Assembly (NCBI GenBank): GCA_016207545.1
Contig: JACQPO010000140.1
Span: forward strand, 1 to 46,097
DNA from: Methanobacteriota archaeon
GTDB taxonomy: Archaea; Thermoplasmatota; Thermoplasmata; RBG-16-68-12; EA-27
Length of the DNA: 46,097 nucleotides
Direction: 5' to 3'
Shown: one piece after another, positions 16,763 to 25,763 of the stretch
Position numbering within the stretch: the stretch's first letter is position 1
Layout: the number at the start of each line of letters is the position of its first letter
Notes under the pieces: generated by a model
Told to the model about the DNA's origin: nothing
Seen by the model: only the letters and a program-made list of their open reading frames with translations
Database searches by the model: none
Made by a program: the position numbers and the translations under genes

Positions 16763-17947
16763 TCACGGCACGGGCTTCACGGGCATCCGCGTTCCTGCCG
16801 CCGCCCGAACCTCGCGCAGCGCGAACAGGTAGGCGAACGTCGCGAGCGCGATCGCGGAGAGGACGACGAACGGGGCGGCGGGATCTGCAGTCGCGGCCGC
16901 CAACCAGCCGCTCGCGGAGGCGGCGAGCGCGCCGCCCACAAGCTGGAAGCCGAAGATCGTCCCGAACGCGACGCCCTGCGCCCGCACGTCCGCGAGGTCG
17001 GAGATGAACGAGAACAGCGCCGGGTACGTGATGAACAGGAGGGCGACGAACGCGCCGAGCCCGAGGGCGACGACCGCGAAGCTCGAGGCGGTGGCGACGA
17101 GGATGCCTCCGACCGCGACCGCGAGGAATGCGTACTCGAGGGACCGGAATCGGCCGAACCGTCGGGAGATGCGGCCGAAGGAGAACGCCGCCAACGCCCC
17201 CGTGACGATCCACAGGGCGATCGTCGCGTCCGCCAGCGCGGGGGAGAGGTCGAGGCGGTCCGTGACGAACAGCGGCCCGAAGGCGACGACGATCGTGAAC
17301 ACGCCTCCGCCGGCGGCGAGGGGCACGATCCACGGGGCGACGCCACGGAGGACTTTGAGGGGGGACGCGCGAGGATTCGCGGCCGTGCGCACCTCCGCGG
17401 TCCCCGCGGTCACCGCGAAGCCGGCGGCCGCCGCCGCCACGTTCAGGCCGCCCCAGAAGAGGAACACGCCTTGCCACCCCCAGTACCCGGCCAGGAACCC
17501 CGCGGGCAGGAGACCGAGGAGGACGCCGAGGTCCCCGAAGCTGCTCTGTACGCCCATCGCGCGGTCCACGCCCGCGCCGCGGAACTCCCGCGAAATCCAA
17601 GAAATCCCTGCGGGATGGTACGCGCCCGCGCCCACGCGGGCGAGCGCCACGAACAGGAACAGGGCCCCGAAGGTCGTGGCGGTCGTCATGAGGACCATCC
17701 CCACCCCGAGCCACGCGATGCCGGCGGGGAGGAGGGCGCGGGACCCGTAGCGGTCCGCGAGATGACCGAACGCGAGTTGGAAGGCGACGGTCACGACGAG
17801 CCCCGTCGCGGTGAGGAGTCCCACCTCCGCGTATCCGAAGCCGATCGCCTCCCGGAGCACCGGGTACAGCGCGGGCAGGGCGGTGACTGCCCCGTCGTTC
17901 GTCAGGTGGTACAAGCTGCTCGCGAGGAGCACCCGCCGGTCCGGCAC
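16763..17947 (-). CDS. MFS transporter
   Basis: 394 aa with about 12 hydrophobic segments. The MFS loop motif is GHLADRYGSR. Confidence 0.85.
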   Translation of the reverse strand: MPDRRVLLASSLYHLTNDGAVTALPALYPVLREAIGFGYAEVGLLTATGLVVTVAFQLAFGHLADRYGSRALLPAGIAWLGVGMVLMTTATTFGALFLFVALARVGAGAYHPAGISWISREFRGAGVDRAMGVQSSFGDLGVLLGLLPAGFLAGYWGWQGVFLFWGGLNVAAAAAGFAVTAGTAEVRTAANPRASPLKVLRGVAPWIVPLAAGGGVFTIVVAFGPLFVTDRLDLSPALADATIALWIVTGALAAFSFGRISRRFGRFRSLEYAFLAVAVGGILVATASSFAVVALGLGAFVALLFITYPALFSFISDLADVRAQGVAFGTIFGFQLVGGALAASASGWLAAATADPAAPFVVLSAIALATFAYLFALREVRAAAGTRMPVKPVP

Positions 17948-18235
17948 GGGCTCCCGGCACCGCCGACCCGGGGATAAGCCCTGCGCCCGCCGGCGTTCGG
18001 CGGGTGGAATCGCCCGCGAACGTTCGGGCGGCGATCCGTCGCCCCCGCCATCGTCGTCCCCTCCCCCGCGCGCGTCGCCGTAGCCCGCATCCTGACGCGT
18101 GCGACCGACCTCGAAGCCCGTACCTCGCGAACCCCGAGGTCAGGGCCGCGGTCGAGGCGGCGCGGGCCCTCGCGGCCTCCCTATGGGACGGACAAGAACC
18201 AAGGTTTTATGAAGGGCAGACGCCATAAGGGCCTT

Positions 18236-18255
18236 TGTCGGACAGAAGTCCGACA
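18236..18255. promoter_or_regulatory. Perfect 8-bp inverted repeat TGTCGGAC-agaa-GTCCGACA between a TATA-like box and the downstream ATG (candidate operator or 5' hairpin)
   Basis: 18236-18243 and 18248-18255 are exact reverse complements. A TTTTAT box lies at 18205-18210 and the ATG at 18259. Confidence 0.3.
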
Positions 18256-18258
18256 GGG

Positions 18259-19179
18259 ATGGGCGTGCGTCTGTTGCGGCGCCGGGAACCCGAGGCGGAC
18301 GCCTCCGCCGGCCTCCAGGTCGCCTCGGTCGCCCCCGACGCGGAGCTGGGCCACTTCCGACACGGGCCGTACTCCATGTGGAGCGCCGTGCGCTACATCC
18401 TGATCCTTTCCATCCTGCTGTGGTGGCTCCCCACGTTCGGCCAGATGATCGCGGGGTACATCGGCGGCCGCCGGGCGGGAGGCCCGTGGCGCGGCGTCAC
18501 CGCCGCCCTGCTCCCCGTCGCGATCATCGTCGGCATCGCGTGGGGCTCGGAGCACGGCACCTTTTCCGGATGGTTCGGCGCGATCGCCGCCATCCCGGCG
18601 GGACTCGGCGCCGTGGTGAGCGCCGCGATCCCGCCCGCGACCCCGTACGTGGACTTCGTCCTCGCGTACCTGGGGGCGTTCGTGAACTCCCTGCGCGGGA
18701 CCCTGAGCACGGGGTCGAACGGGTACCTCGTCACGATCGTGTTCGCGTACATCGGCGGCATCCTCGCGGACCAGGCCCGGCGAGAGGCCTCGGTGGGCCG
18801 CGGGACCTCCGTCGGCATCTCGATCTCCCAACCCTTCTTCGCGCCGCTGCGGAATCCCAGCCCGCCCTCCTGGGACGCCCACAAGGCCGCCCGATTCGAA
18901 GACTTGCGGAAAATCCCCGTGAGCTACGCCCGGGTCGCGCCGGCGCGCGGGCATGCCCCAAAGGTTCATGGGGCGCAAGCCGATTCCGGGGACGAGGAGG
19001 GTCCCGGGCCGCACCGGGAGGCCCACCGGGAGCCGAAGGGGAAGCCGGGGCGCAAGCCCGAATCTTCCGCGGAGGCGAAACCCGAGCCGAAGGGTCTCGA
19101 TCCCCATGCCAAAGAGATCGCGACGCGGAAGTGGGTCGAGAGGGCGCTCCGCCAGTACGAGACGGCGCACCGCCGTTAA
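18259..19179 (+). CDS. Hypothetical polytopic membrane protein with a Lys/Glu/Pro-rich C-terminal tail
   Basis: About 4 TM helices (YILILSILLWWLPTFGQMIAGYIGG, AALLPVAIIVGIAWG, FGAIAAIPAGLGAVVSAAI, YLVTIVFAYIGGILA). The tail reads ...EPKGKPGRKPESSAEAKPEPKG.... The start is ambiguous: TTG 18235, ATG 18259, or a later ATG. Confidence 0.5.
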   Translation: MGVRLLRRREPEADASAGLQVASVAPDAELGHFRHGPYSMWSAVRYILILSILLWWLPTFGQMIAGYIGGRRAGGPWRGVTAALLPVAIIVGIAWGSEHGTFSGWFGAIAAIPAGLGAVVSAAIPPATPYVDFVLAYLGAFVNSLRGTLSTGSNGYLVTIVFAYIGGILADQARREASVGRGTSVGISISQPFFAPLRNPSPPSWDAHKAARFEDLRKIPVSYARVAPARGHAPKVHGAQADSGDEEGPGPHREAHREPKGKPGRKPESSAEAKPEPKGLDPHAKEIATRKWVERALRQYETAHRR

Positions 19180-19342
19180 GGCAAAGGCCCGTCGCCCGCG
19201 TCCCCGCGTACGGTCGGCGCCGACGCCGCGCGCGAAACCCGGTGCACGTCTTGCGAAGCGCGTCGCCCGCTCGGAGAAACGCGCCGCGCAGCGGGCGGGA
19301 CGGAAGGTATTAACGGGAGGGCCAGTTCCGGCGGCCTCACAC

Positions 19343-19654
19343 ATGTTCTGCCCGAACTGCGGGTCACTCCTTTTCCCCCAGGAGGGCCGCTTTGCCTGCC
19401 AAAAGTGCGGCTACGAGCGGGACATCACCTCGAAGGACGCGCGGGTCGCCCGCGTCGTCCGGCGGGAGGAACGCCCCGCGGAGACGCTCGTGCTCGACGA
19501 CGTGATCGAGACGTTGCCGCGCACCCGCGCGGACTGCCCGAAGTGCGGGAACGGCGAGGCGTTCTGGGTCATGCGCCAGACGCGCGCCGCGGACGAGCCG
19601 ACGACGCGGATCTACCGGTGCACGCGGTGCTCGTACACGTGGCGTGAGTACTGA
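19343..19654 (+). CDS. tfs: Transcription factor S (TFS / RNA polymerase subunit M-like)
   Basis: 103 aa with two zinc ribbons, CPNCGSLL...CQKCG and CPKCGNGEAFWVMRQTRAADEPTTRIYRCTRCSYTW. The latter is the TFIIS C-terminal ribbon with the acidic DE loop. Confidence 0.9.
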   Translation: MFCPNCGSLLFPQEGRFACQKCGYERDITSKDARVARVVRREERPAETLVLDDVIETLPRTRADCPKCGNGEAFWVMRQTRAADEPTTRIYRCTRCSYTWREY

Positions 19655-19687
19655 GTCGCGGGCGCGAAGGCGCGCGTGCCGCTCATC

Positions 19688-19694
19688 TTTATAT
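19688..19694 (+). promoter_or_regulatory. TATA box candidate for pcn
   Basis: TTTATAT lies about 38 nt upstream of the preferred pcn ATG (19732). It overlaps the ORF-track ATG at 19693, which argues against that start. Confidence 0.45.
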
Positions 19695-19731
19695 GGGCAC
19701 GGGGATTACCCGTGGAAATCTGGGGGACGTT

Positions 19732-20469
19732 ATGTTCGAGGCTAAGGTCAAGTCCGACGTTCTAAAGGAGGTCGTCGACGTCATCTCGACCCTCGTCGAC
19801 GAGGCCAAGTTCAACGCGGGGAAGGACGCGCTCGTCGTGAAGGCGGTCGATCCCGCGCACGTGGCGATGGTCGACCTGTCCCTCGACCGGAGCGCGTTCG
19901 ACGGGTACAAGGCGGACGACGTGGAGCTGGGCCTCGACATGGACAAGATGAAGGAGGTCCTCAAGCTGTCCCGGGCGGGCGAGCTGCTGCACCTCGTCCA
20001 CGAGGAGGACAAAAACCGCCTCGTCGTCCAGGTCGGGAACATCACGCGGCGGATGAGCCTGGTCGACACCGCGGGGATGAGCGACCCCAAGGTCCCCAAC
20101 CTGAACCTGCCCGCGAAGGTCCGCGTGCGGACGGATGAGCTCCGCCAGGGCATCCGTGCGAGCGAGAGCGTGAGCGACCACATCGCCCTCATCGCGACCC
20201 CCGACGGCTTCGAAATCGTGAGCGAGGGGGACACGGACAGCGTGAGCCTGAAGCTGCCGAAGGACATGCTCGACGAGCTCGCGTGCAAAGAGAAGGTCCG
20301 CTCCCTGTTCCCCCTCGACTACTTCTCGAACATGGTGAAGGCGATCAGCACCGCCCCGACAGTCACGATGAACATGGGGAACGACTACCCCGTCAAGATG
20401 GAGTTCGAGATCGCGGGCGGAAAGGGCCAGGTCCGGTATTTGCTTGCGCCGCGAATCGAATCCGAATGA
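19732..20469 (+). CDS. pcn: DNA polymerase sliding clamp PCNA
   Basis: MFEAKVKSDVLKEVVDVISTLVDEAKFN... is a typical archaeal PCNA N-terminus. About 245 aa, with C-terminus ...YLLAPRIESE. Confidence 0.92.
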   Translation: MFEAKVKSDVLKEVVDVISTLVDEAKFNAGKDALVVKAVDPAHVAMVDLSLDRSAFDGYKADDVELGLDMDKMKEVLKLSRAGELLHLVHEEDKNRLVVQVGNITRRMSLVDTAGMSDPKVPNLNLPAKVRVRTDELRQGIRASESVSDHIALIATPDGFEIVSEGDTDSVSLKLPKDMLDELACKEKVRSLFPLDYFSNMVKAISTAPTVTMNMGNDYPVKMEFEIAGGKGQVRYLLAPRIESE

Positions 20470-20559
20470 GGTCGGGTGAAGGCCTAGCGTCCGCCTCCGA
20501 TCCCCAATGGACGAAGCTTGCCGACCCTCGGACTCCCTCGGACGAGGCGTCCCCGATCC

Positions 20560-20745
20560 TTAGGGAAGGTTGCACACCCCTTTCTCCGTCTGACGGAACC
20601 CCCTTCTCCATGGAGATGAACCCCTTCTCGCGGGGAAAAGCCCTTCGACACGGAGACGGAGTCCTTCTCGGTGGAGAAGAAGTCCATTCCCGCGGGGCGT
20701 GGCCCCGCTTCGGGAAAGACCCTTGCAATTCCAGTCAAGGTCTCG
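20560..20745. repeat. Array B: about 8 degenerate ~21-bp tandem units with internal dyads, related in style to array A
   Basis: The units read GGAACCCCCTTCTCCATGGAG / ATGAACCCCTTCTCGCGGGGA / AAAGCCCTTCGACACGGAG / ACGGAGTCCTTCTCGGTGGAG / AAGAAGTCCATTCCCGCGGGG .... The perfect palindrome TCTCCATGGAGA lies at 20605-20616. CTTCTC-ggtg-GAGAAG lies at 20664-20679. Confidence 0.6.
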
Positions 20746-20762
20746 GGCGGCAGACCGGCGGG

Positions 20763-21761
20763 TCAGCGAATCCCGAAGAATCCAAACGCCGCCATGACGA
20801 GGTAGGCGAAGACAATCGACGCGGGCAGCGTCAGGATCCAGGCCCAGACGATCCGGCGTGCGACGCCCCACCGCACCGCAGACAGCCGTTGGGTCGCCCC
20901 GGTTCCCATGATCGCCATGTTGATCGCGTGGGTCGTGCTGACCGGGAAACCGACGCTCGCGGTCGCGAGGAGAATCAGGGCGCCGCCCGTCTCTGCGGAG
21001 AACCCCTGGTAGGCCCGCAGCTTCGTGATTTTCAAGGCCATCGTCTTCACGATCCGCCAGCCGCCGAGGAGGGTGCCGAAGGACAGGGCGATCTGGACCC
21101 CGAGGATGATCCAAAAGGGGACGGGCTGGCCCCCTGCGTACAGTCCCTCGAACGCGAGGATTCCCAGGATGATCCCGACGACCTTCTGGCCGTCCTGGGC
21201 CCCGTGGGAGAACGAGAAGACGAACGAGGACACCATCTGCATCCGGCGGAACTGCTTGTTGATCCGCGTCGCCGGGTAGCGCCGGAACAGGGCGATGATG
21301 AGGGCCGTGAACAGGAACGCGAAGCCGAACGCGAGGAACGGCGAGTAGATCATCGGGAGGATGACCTTCCGGACGACCGAGCCGAACTGGACCGCGGCCA
21401 GGCCGCCGGCGAAGAGGCCCGCGCCCACGAGGGAGCCGATGAGGACGTGGGTCTCCGAGACGGGGAGGCCGAAGTACCAGGTGATGACGTCCCAGACCAA
21501 CCCGCCGAGGATGGCGGCGATCACAAGGCCCGCGAAGACGAGGTTCTCCTGGATGAGCCCCCGCCAAATCGTCTCCGCGACGGCCCCGCCGAAGTACAGG
21601 CCGAGGAAGTTCCCAAAGGCGCTCAGGCCGACCGCCTGGTAGGGTGCGAGGGTCCGCGTCGCGACGATCGTCGCGATCGCGTTCGCGGCGTCCGTGAACC
21701 CGTTCCAGAACGCGAAGAACAGGGACACCGCGACGCCCGCGATGAGGAGCTCAAGGGCCAC
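20763..21761 (-). CDS. pit: Inorganic phosphate transporter, PiT (PHO4) family
   Basis: 332 aa. The N-terminal motif FAFWNGFTDAANAIATIV and the second repeat GAQDGQK...ST(T)HA are typical of PiT. Confidence 0.9.
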   Translation of the reverse strand: MALELLIAGVAVSLFFAFWNGFTDAANAIATIVATRTLAPYQAVGLSAFGNFLGLYFGGAVAETIWRGLIQENLVFAGLVIAAILGGLVWDVITWYFGLPVSETHVLIGSLVGAGLFAGGLAAVQFGSVVRKVILPMIYSPFLAFGFAFLFTALIIALFRRYPATRINKQFRRMQMVSSFVFSFSHGAQDGQKVVGIILGILAFEGLYAGGQPVPFWIILGVQIALSFGTLLGGWRIVKTMALKITKLRAYQGFSAETGGALILLATASVGFPVSTTHAINMAIMGTGATQRLSAVRWGVARRIVWAWILTLPASIVFAYLVMAAFGFFGIR

Positions 21762-21767
21762 GGTCCG

Positions 21768-22397
21768 TCACCGGTTTTTCGCCACGATGTCGCTCAGGAT
21801 GTTCGCCACGTCCTCCGCGTGGTCCGTGGCGGCCTCCATGTTCTCGTAGATCTCCTTGAGCTTGATGATCGCGATGGAATCGTTCGTCTTGAACAATTCC
21901 GCGACCGCGTTGTTGAGCAGGTCGTCCGCGACGTTCTCCAGCTCGTTGATCTCCACCGCCAACTTCTCGACCCGGTCGCCGTTCTTCATGTTCCGAATCA
22001 GGCCCACGGCCGTATCGATCTTCTCGCACGCCGTGCGGATCACGTCCGCGAGGTCAACCATCGGCTTCGTCGGCGCCTTGACCTCGTACAGGTCCATGCG
22101 CAAGGCGGACGCGTAAATCAGGTCGAGCACGTTGTCCATCTGGCTCGCGAGGGCGACGATGTCCTCCCGATCGATCGGGGTGATGAACGTCCGGTTCAGG
22201 GCCTCGTACACCTCGTGGACCGCCTCGTCCCCGTTGTGTTCAATCTCCTTGAGCCGCTTCCGCTTCGCCGTGATGTCCCGGTAGTCGTCCACGAGGCTGC
22301 ACAGCGACGCGGCGCCCGCGACGAGGTTATCCCCGATCGCCTCCAGGAGGTCGAAGAACACCTTCTCCTGGGGGATAATCCATTCCTTTACCCCCAT
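21768..22397 (-). CDS. DUF47 / PhoU-like phosphate-transport regulator (Pit accessory protein)
   Basis: 209 aa, helical. The pattern FFDLLEA...EIEHNGDEAVHEVYEALNRTFITPIDREDI...EIYENMEAATDHAEDVANIL is the DUF47 pattern. It lies immediately upstream of pit. Confidence 0.85.
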   Translation of the reverse strand: MGVKEWIIPQEKVFFDLLEAIGDNLVAGAASLCSLVDDYRDITAKRKRLKEIEHNGDEAVHEVYEALNRTFITPIDREDIVALASQMDNVLDLIYASALRMDLYEVKAPTKPMVDLADVIRTACEKIDTAVGLIRNMKNGDRVEKLAVEINELENVADDLLNNAVAELFKTNDSIAIIKLKEIYENMEAATDHAEDVANILSDIVAKNR

Positions 22398-22448
22398 GCA
22401 CTCACCGGCGCGGCGAACGGACCCGCCACTAAATAGTTTCCGACGCGC

Positions 22449-23795
22449 CTACGCAGGGAGCTCGAAGCCGCCGCTCTGAAGCTGCTTCATGAGCTGCTTC
22501 CGCATCTTCCGGTTCCCCGCAATCCCCTTGATCGCCTTCCGGCTCATGTTGTAGTGGCGCAAGAGCTCCTTGATGTCCTTCGGGTGCGTGCCGCTCCCGC
22601 GTGCGATCCGCAGGATCCGCGAGGCCTTGATAAGCTTCGGGTCCGCCTTCTCCTCCGCGGTCATCGACTGCAGGATGACCTTGAACTTCTTCAGGCGCTC
22701 CTGGGTCGCCCCGAGGTCCTCCTCCTTCATCCGCCCCGCCATCCCGGGGAACGCGGACAGGAGGCGGTCGAGGCTGCCCATCTTCCCGAGCATCCCGAGC
22801 TGCTTCTCGAACAGGTTGAGGTCGAACTTCCCGGACAGGAGGTCCTTCGTGAGCGCCTCCGCTTCCGCCTCGTCCAGGGTCTCCTGGGCCTTCTCGAGCA
22901 GGGATTCGAGGTCCCCCATGCCGAGGAGCCGAGACAGGAACCGCGGCGGCTCGAACTTCTCGAGGTCGTCGAGGTGCTCGCCGACCCCGAGGAACACGAT
23001 CGGCGCCCCCGTCTCCGCGACCGCGCTGAGCGCGCCCCCGCCCTTCGCGGTGCCGTCGAGCTTCGTGACGATGACGGAGGTGACCCCGACCGCGTCGTGG
23101 AACGCCTTCGCCTGCGGCCCCGCCTGCTGCCCGGTCGACGCGTCGAGGACGAGGACCGTCTCGTCCGGTTTCACGAGTTTCGCGATCTGCTTGATCTCCC
23201 GGATCAGGTCGTCCTCGAGCGCATGGCGGCCCGCGGAGTCGACGACGAGGACGTCTTTGTCCCGAAACTCGTCGAGCCCGCGGCGGACAACGGCCTCCGC
23301 ATTTCGCTCGCCGGGGACGCCGAACACGGGGATCTGGATTTGCTGGCCGATTTGCGACAGCTGGTCGAACGCCGCCGGGCGGTGGACGTCCCCCGCGACG
23401 AGGCCGACGGACAGCCCGCGCTTGTGAAGGTACTGCGCGAGCTTCCCGATCGTCGTCGTCTTCCCCTGCCCGTACAGGCCGACCATGAGGATGCGTTGGG
23501 GCGTGAGCAGGAATTCCTTCGGCTTCCCGAGGATCTTGACGAGCTCCTCGTAGATGATCCGGATGACGTGCTCCCGTGGGCTCATGCCGGCCGGGGGCTT
23601 CTCCGCAAGCGCGCGGCGCTCGACCTCCCGGGTCAGGGTGAGCGCGAGTTGGACGTCCACGTCCGCTTGGAGGAGCGCGCGCTGGATGTCCCGGACGACC
23701 TCCTTGACGAGGGCGGGGTCGACGTGGGACGCGCCCGCAATCTTTCGGAGCGCATTCCGAAGGGACGCGCCGAGGGCCTCGAGGACCATGGACAC
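22449..23795 (-). CDS. srp54: Signal recognition particle protein SRP54
   Basis: 448 aa. The N/G domain has GLYGQGKTTTIGKLA, DVHRPAA and TKLDGTAKGGGALS. The M domain is Met-rich at the C-terminus. A TATA-like ATATAA lies about 20 nt upstream, suggesting a near-leaderless transcript. Confidence 0.95.
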   Translation of the reverse strand: MSMVLEALGASLRNALRKIAGASHVDPALVKEVVRDIQRALLQADVDVQLALTLTREVERRALAEKPPAGMSPREHVIRIIYEELVKILGKPKEFLLTPQRILMVGLYGQGKTTTIGKLAQYLHKRGLSVGLVAGDVHRPAAFDQLSQIGQQIQIPVFGVPGERNAEAVVRRGLDEFRDKDVLVVDSAGRHALEDDLIREIKQIAKLVKPDETVLVLDASTGQQAGPQAKAFHDAVGVTSVIVTKLDGTAKGGGALSAVAETGAPIVFLGVGEHLDDLEKFEPPRFLSRLLGMGDLESLLEKAQETLDEAEAEALTKDLLSGKFDLNLFEKQLGMLGKMGSLDRLLSAFPGMAGRMKEEDLGATQERLKKFKVILQSMTAEEKADPKLIKASRILRIARGSGTHPKDIKELLRHYNMSRKAIKGIAGNRKMRKQLMKQLQSGGFELPA

Positions 23796-23858
23796 ACGCC
23801 CATGTGGGCGCCGTTATATGAACGCTCCCGCGTGAGGAGCACGTCCGTTAACGAATTG

Positions 23859-23928
23859 AAAAAGAGAAGGGAGGGCTAGCCTGTCAGAAGGGATGGGATG
23901 CACTCTAACGTACTAGCCCAAAATTCCC
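23859..23928 (-). ncRNA. Candidate small RNA (unknown class) bounded by a TATA box and a T5 run
   Basis: The minus strand has TATATATA (23952-23960), then about 25 nt later a 47-nt hairpin with a 7-bp stem GGGCTAG/CTAGCCC (23873-23919), then TCTCTTTTTC (T5 at 23859-23863). There are no C/D or H/ACA boxes. The element could instead simply be the operon terminator. Confidence 0.2.
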
Positions 23929-23999
23929 CCGTGCGCGTAATCCGAAGCACGATATATATACATTTCGTCCAGACGAGTGTCAAGTCGAAACGAGGGTCG

Positions 24000-24356
24000 T
24001 CAGAGGGTCAAAATCAGGAGCAGGACGGTCAGAGCGGGGAGGGCGAAGGCCACGTTCGCGAGTGGATCCGCCTTCGGGGGAAGTCCCGCGGTCCCCGCCG
24101 CGGCGACGATCGAGCCCAGGACCGGGGGCGGTAAGAGCATCGGCAGCCCCGCGCCAATGGCGAGGAGGGCCCCGAGGGCCTGGGCGGGCATCGGCCGGTT
24201 CGCAACGGCGACCGCCAGGAGCCCGGCGAGCAGGACCGCGACGGACGGGAAAGGCCAGCGCAGGGCCACTCCGACGACCCCGTGGAGGGCCATCGCGACG
24301 AGGGCCGCGGTCAGCGGGTTGCGCACGCCCCCCGTCACGACGCGGGGGCGCGTCAC
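24000..24356 (-). CDS. Small hydrophobic membrane protein downstream of the TctA-like gene (possible small-subunit analogue)
   Basis: The C-terminal ~110 aa of ORF 24000-24692 are hydrophobic (LTAALVAMALHGVVGVAL..., VAVLLAGLLAVAVA..., ALGALLAIGAGLPMLL..., AFALPALTVLLLILTL). GTG starts are possible at 24356, 24338 or 24326. Confidence 0.4.
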   Translation of the reverse strand: MTRPRVVTGGVRNPLTAALVAMALHGVVGVALRWPFPSVAVLLAGLLAVAVANRPMPAQALGALLAIGAGLPMLLPPPVLGSIVAAAGTAGLPPKADPLANVAFALPALTVLLLILTL

Positions 24357-24370
24357 GGTTTCGCGTACAG

Positions 24371-25726
24371 TCAGCCGATCCACCCGAGGACAAGCGGGAC
24401 GAGCAGGGCACCCATGAGGTGTACGCGGCGAATCCCCACGAGGGGCGGGATCAACCCGATTGCGGCGGCGGTACCCAGGACAAGGAGGCCGAGCGGTCCG
24501 GTCGCAAGGAAGACGCCCACGGTCAGCGCGATCGCGACCGCCCGCACGAGCCGCGCGTACCGGACCCGGCCCGCGAGAAGCGCGAACGGCCGCACGAGCC
24601 GGGACGTGCAGCCATAGGCGAGCGCCGCCGAGACGAGAAGGGCGAGCAGGACCGCCGCGAACAGAGCCGGCACGTTGCCCGCGGGCTGCCACACGGGCAG
24701 GGGGTCAGCGACCGCCTCCACGGCCGCTGCGACCCCGCTCCGCGCACGAAGCACGACGAACAGGGTCGCGAACGTGAACACGGTCGTGGCGGTATTCGCC
24801 GCCCCCGCCGCGAAGAGGAACTCCCGGTCGGCCTCGGGATCCCCCTCGCGCGGCTCCCCACCCGCGAGCATCTGGGCGACAACGGTTGCGCTCGCGCCGC
24901 CGAGCCCGGGGAACCAGCTGACCGTCGCCCCGGCCAGCGTGCCGGAGACGAGCCCCCGGGTTCGCCGCCACGGCGGGAGCGGCTCCGCGGGCCCGAGGTC
25001 CTGGGGCGGCAACCGCCCGCGGTGGTTCGCGCCCAAGAGGAGGGTCGGCAGGCCGAAGAGCCCCGTAAACAACGGGAAGAGGACGAGGGATGCCGTCGGT
25101 ACCGAAACGGGCCGCCAGGAATCGGTCAGGAAGCCCGCGCGGAGGACGACCGCGCCGAGGACGCCAGAGAGGAGGAGGACCACGACGGCCCAGGCCCGCT
25201 TCCGCCCGTCCGGCCGGCTGCCGCGGCGCTCCGTCACGAGGAGGAGGGCGACAAGGAGGAGCAGGAGGAAGGGGACGAGCGCGCGGAGCCGCTCGTAGCC
25301 CTCCACGGGATCGCCCAGCAGGAGCCGGAAGGGGAGCAGGAAGGGGATCGCGAGCAAGGCGGCAAGGAAGGCCCCCCGCACGCCGAGAAGGACGGCTTCC
25401 ATCCCTCGACCCTGGGCGAGGAGGCGATGCCCGGGCAGCACGCTGAGCGCGGTGTCCGCGTCCGGGGCGCCGAGGAACACGGAGGGAAGGAGGGCGGCCA
25501 TGCTGTGCGCGACCGCCGCGGCCGCGAGGAACGAGGCGAGGGCAACCGCCTCCTGACCGGGCCCGACGAGGCCCACCAGCCCGGCCGCGATCACGGGCTC
25601 GGCCGCGAGGACTGCGAGGGCGACGTTGTTCACGTGGATGCCGGGAAGGAGCCCCGTGGCGAGGCCGGCGCCGACGCCCAGGACCGCGAACAGGAGGACG
25701 AGGAGCCAGGAGAGGCCGACGTCCAC
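24371..25726 (-). CDS. TctA/DUF112-family integral membrane protein (putative transporter)
   Basis: About 451 aa and highly hydrophobic. The N-terminus ...GLATGLLPGIHVNNVALAVLA resembles archaeal TctA-like (COG1784-type) proteins, judged from memory. The start is set at GTG 25726 so that it does not run into hyuB. Confidence 0.55.
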   Translation of the reverse strand: MDVGLSWLLVLLFAVLGVGAGLATGLLPGIHVNNVALAVLAAEPVIAAGLVGLVGPGQEAVALASFLAAAAVAHSMAALLPSVFLGAPDADTALSVLPGHRLLAQGRGMEAVLLGVRGAFLAALLAIPFLLPFRLLLGDPVEGYERLRALVPFLLLLLVALLLVTERRGSRPDGRKRAWAVVVLLLSGVLGAVVLRAGFLTDSWRPVSVPTASLVLFPLFTGLFGLPTLLLGANHRGRLPPQDLGPAEPLPPWRRTRGLVSGTLAGATVSWFPGLGGASATVVAQMLAGGEPREGDPEADREFLFAAGAANTATTVFTFATLFVVLRARSGVAAAVEAVADPLPVWQPAGNVPALFAAVLLALLVSAALAYGCTSRLVRPFALLAGRVRYARLVRAVAIALTVGVFLATGPLGLLVLGTAAAIGLIPPLVGIRRVHLMGALLVPLVLGWIG

Positions 25727-25763
25727 GTCCGGGAATCCGCGCGGAACGGGTTGAGCCCGCGCG

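Noticed and set aside
18004-18228. 74-aa ORF in the MFS/membrane-protein divergent spacer
   Set aside because: It has an Arg/Pro-rich composition, no RBS or TATA in the proper position, and it overlaps the probable promoter of the 18259 gene.
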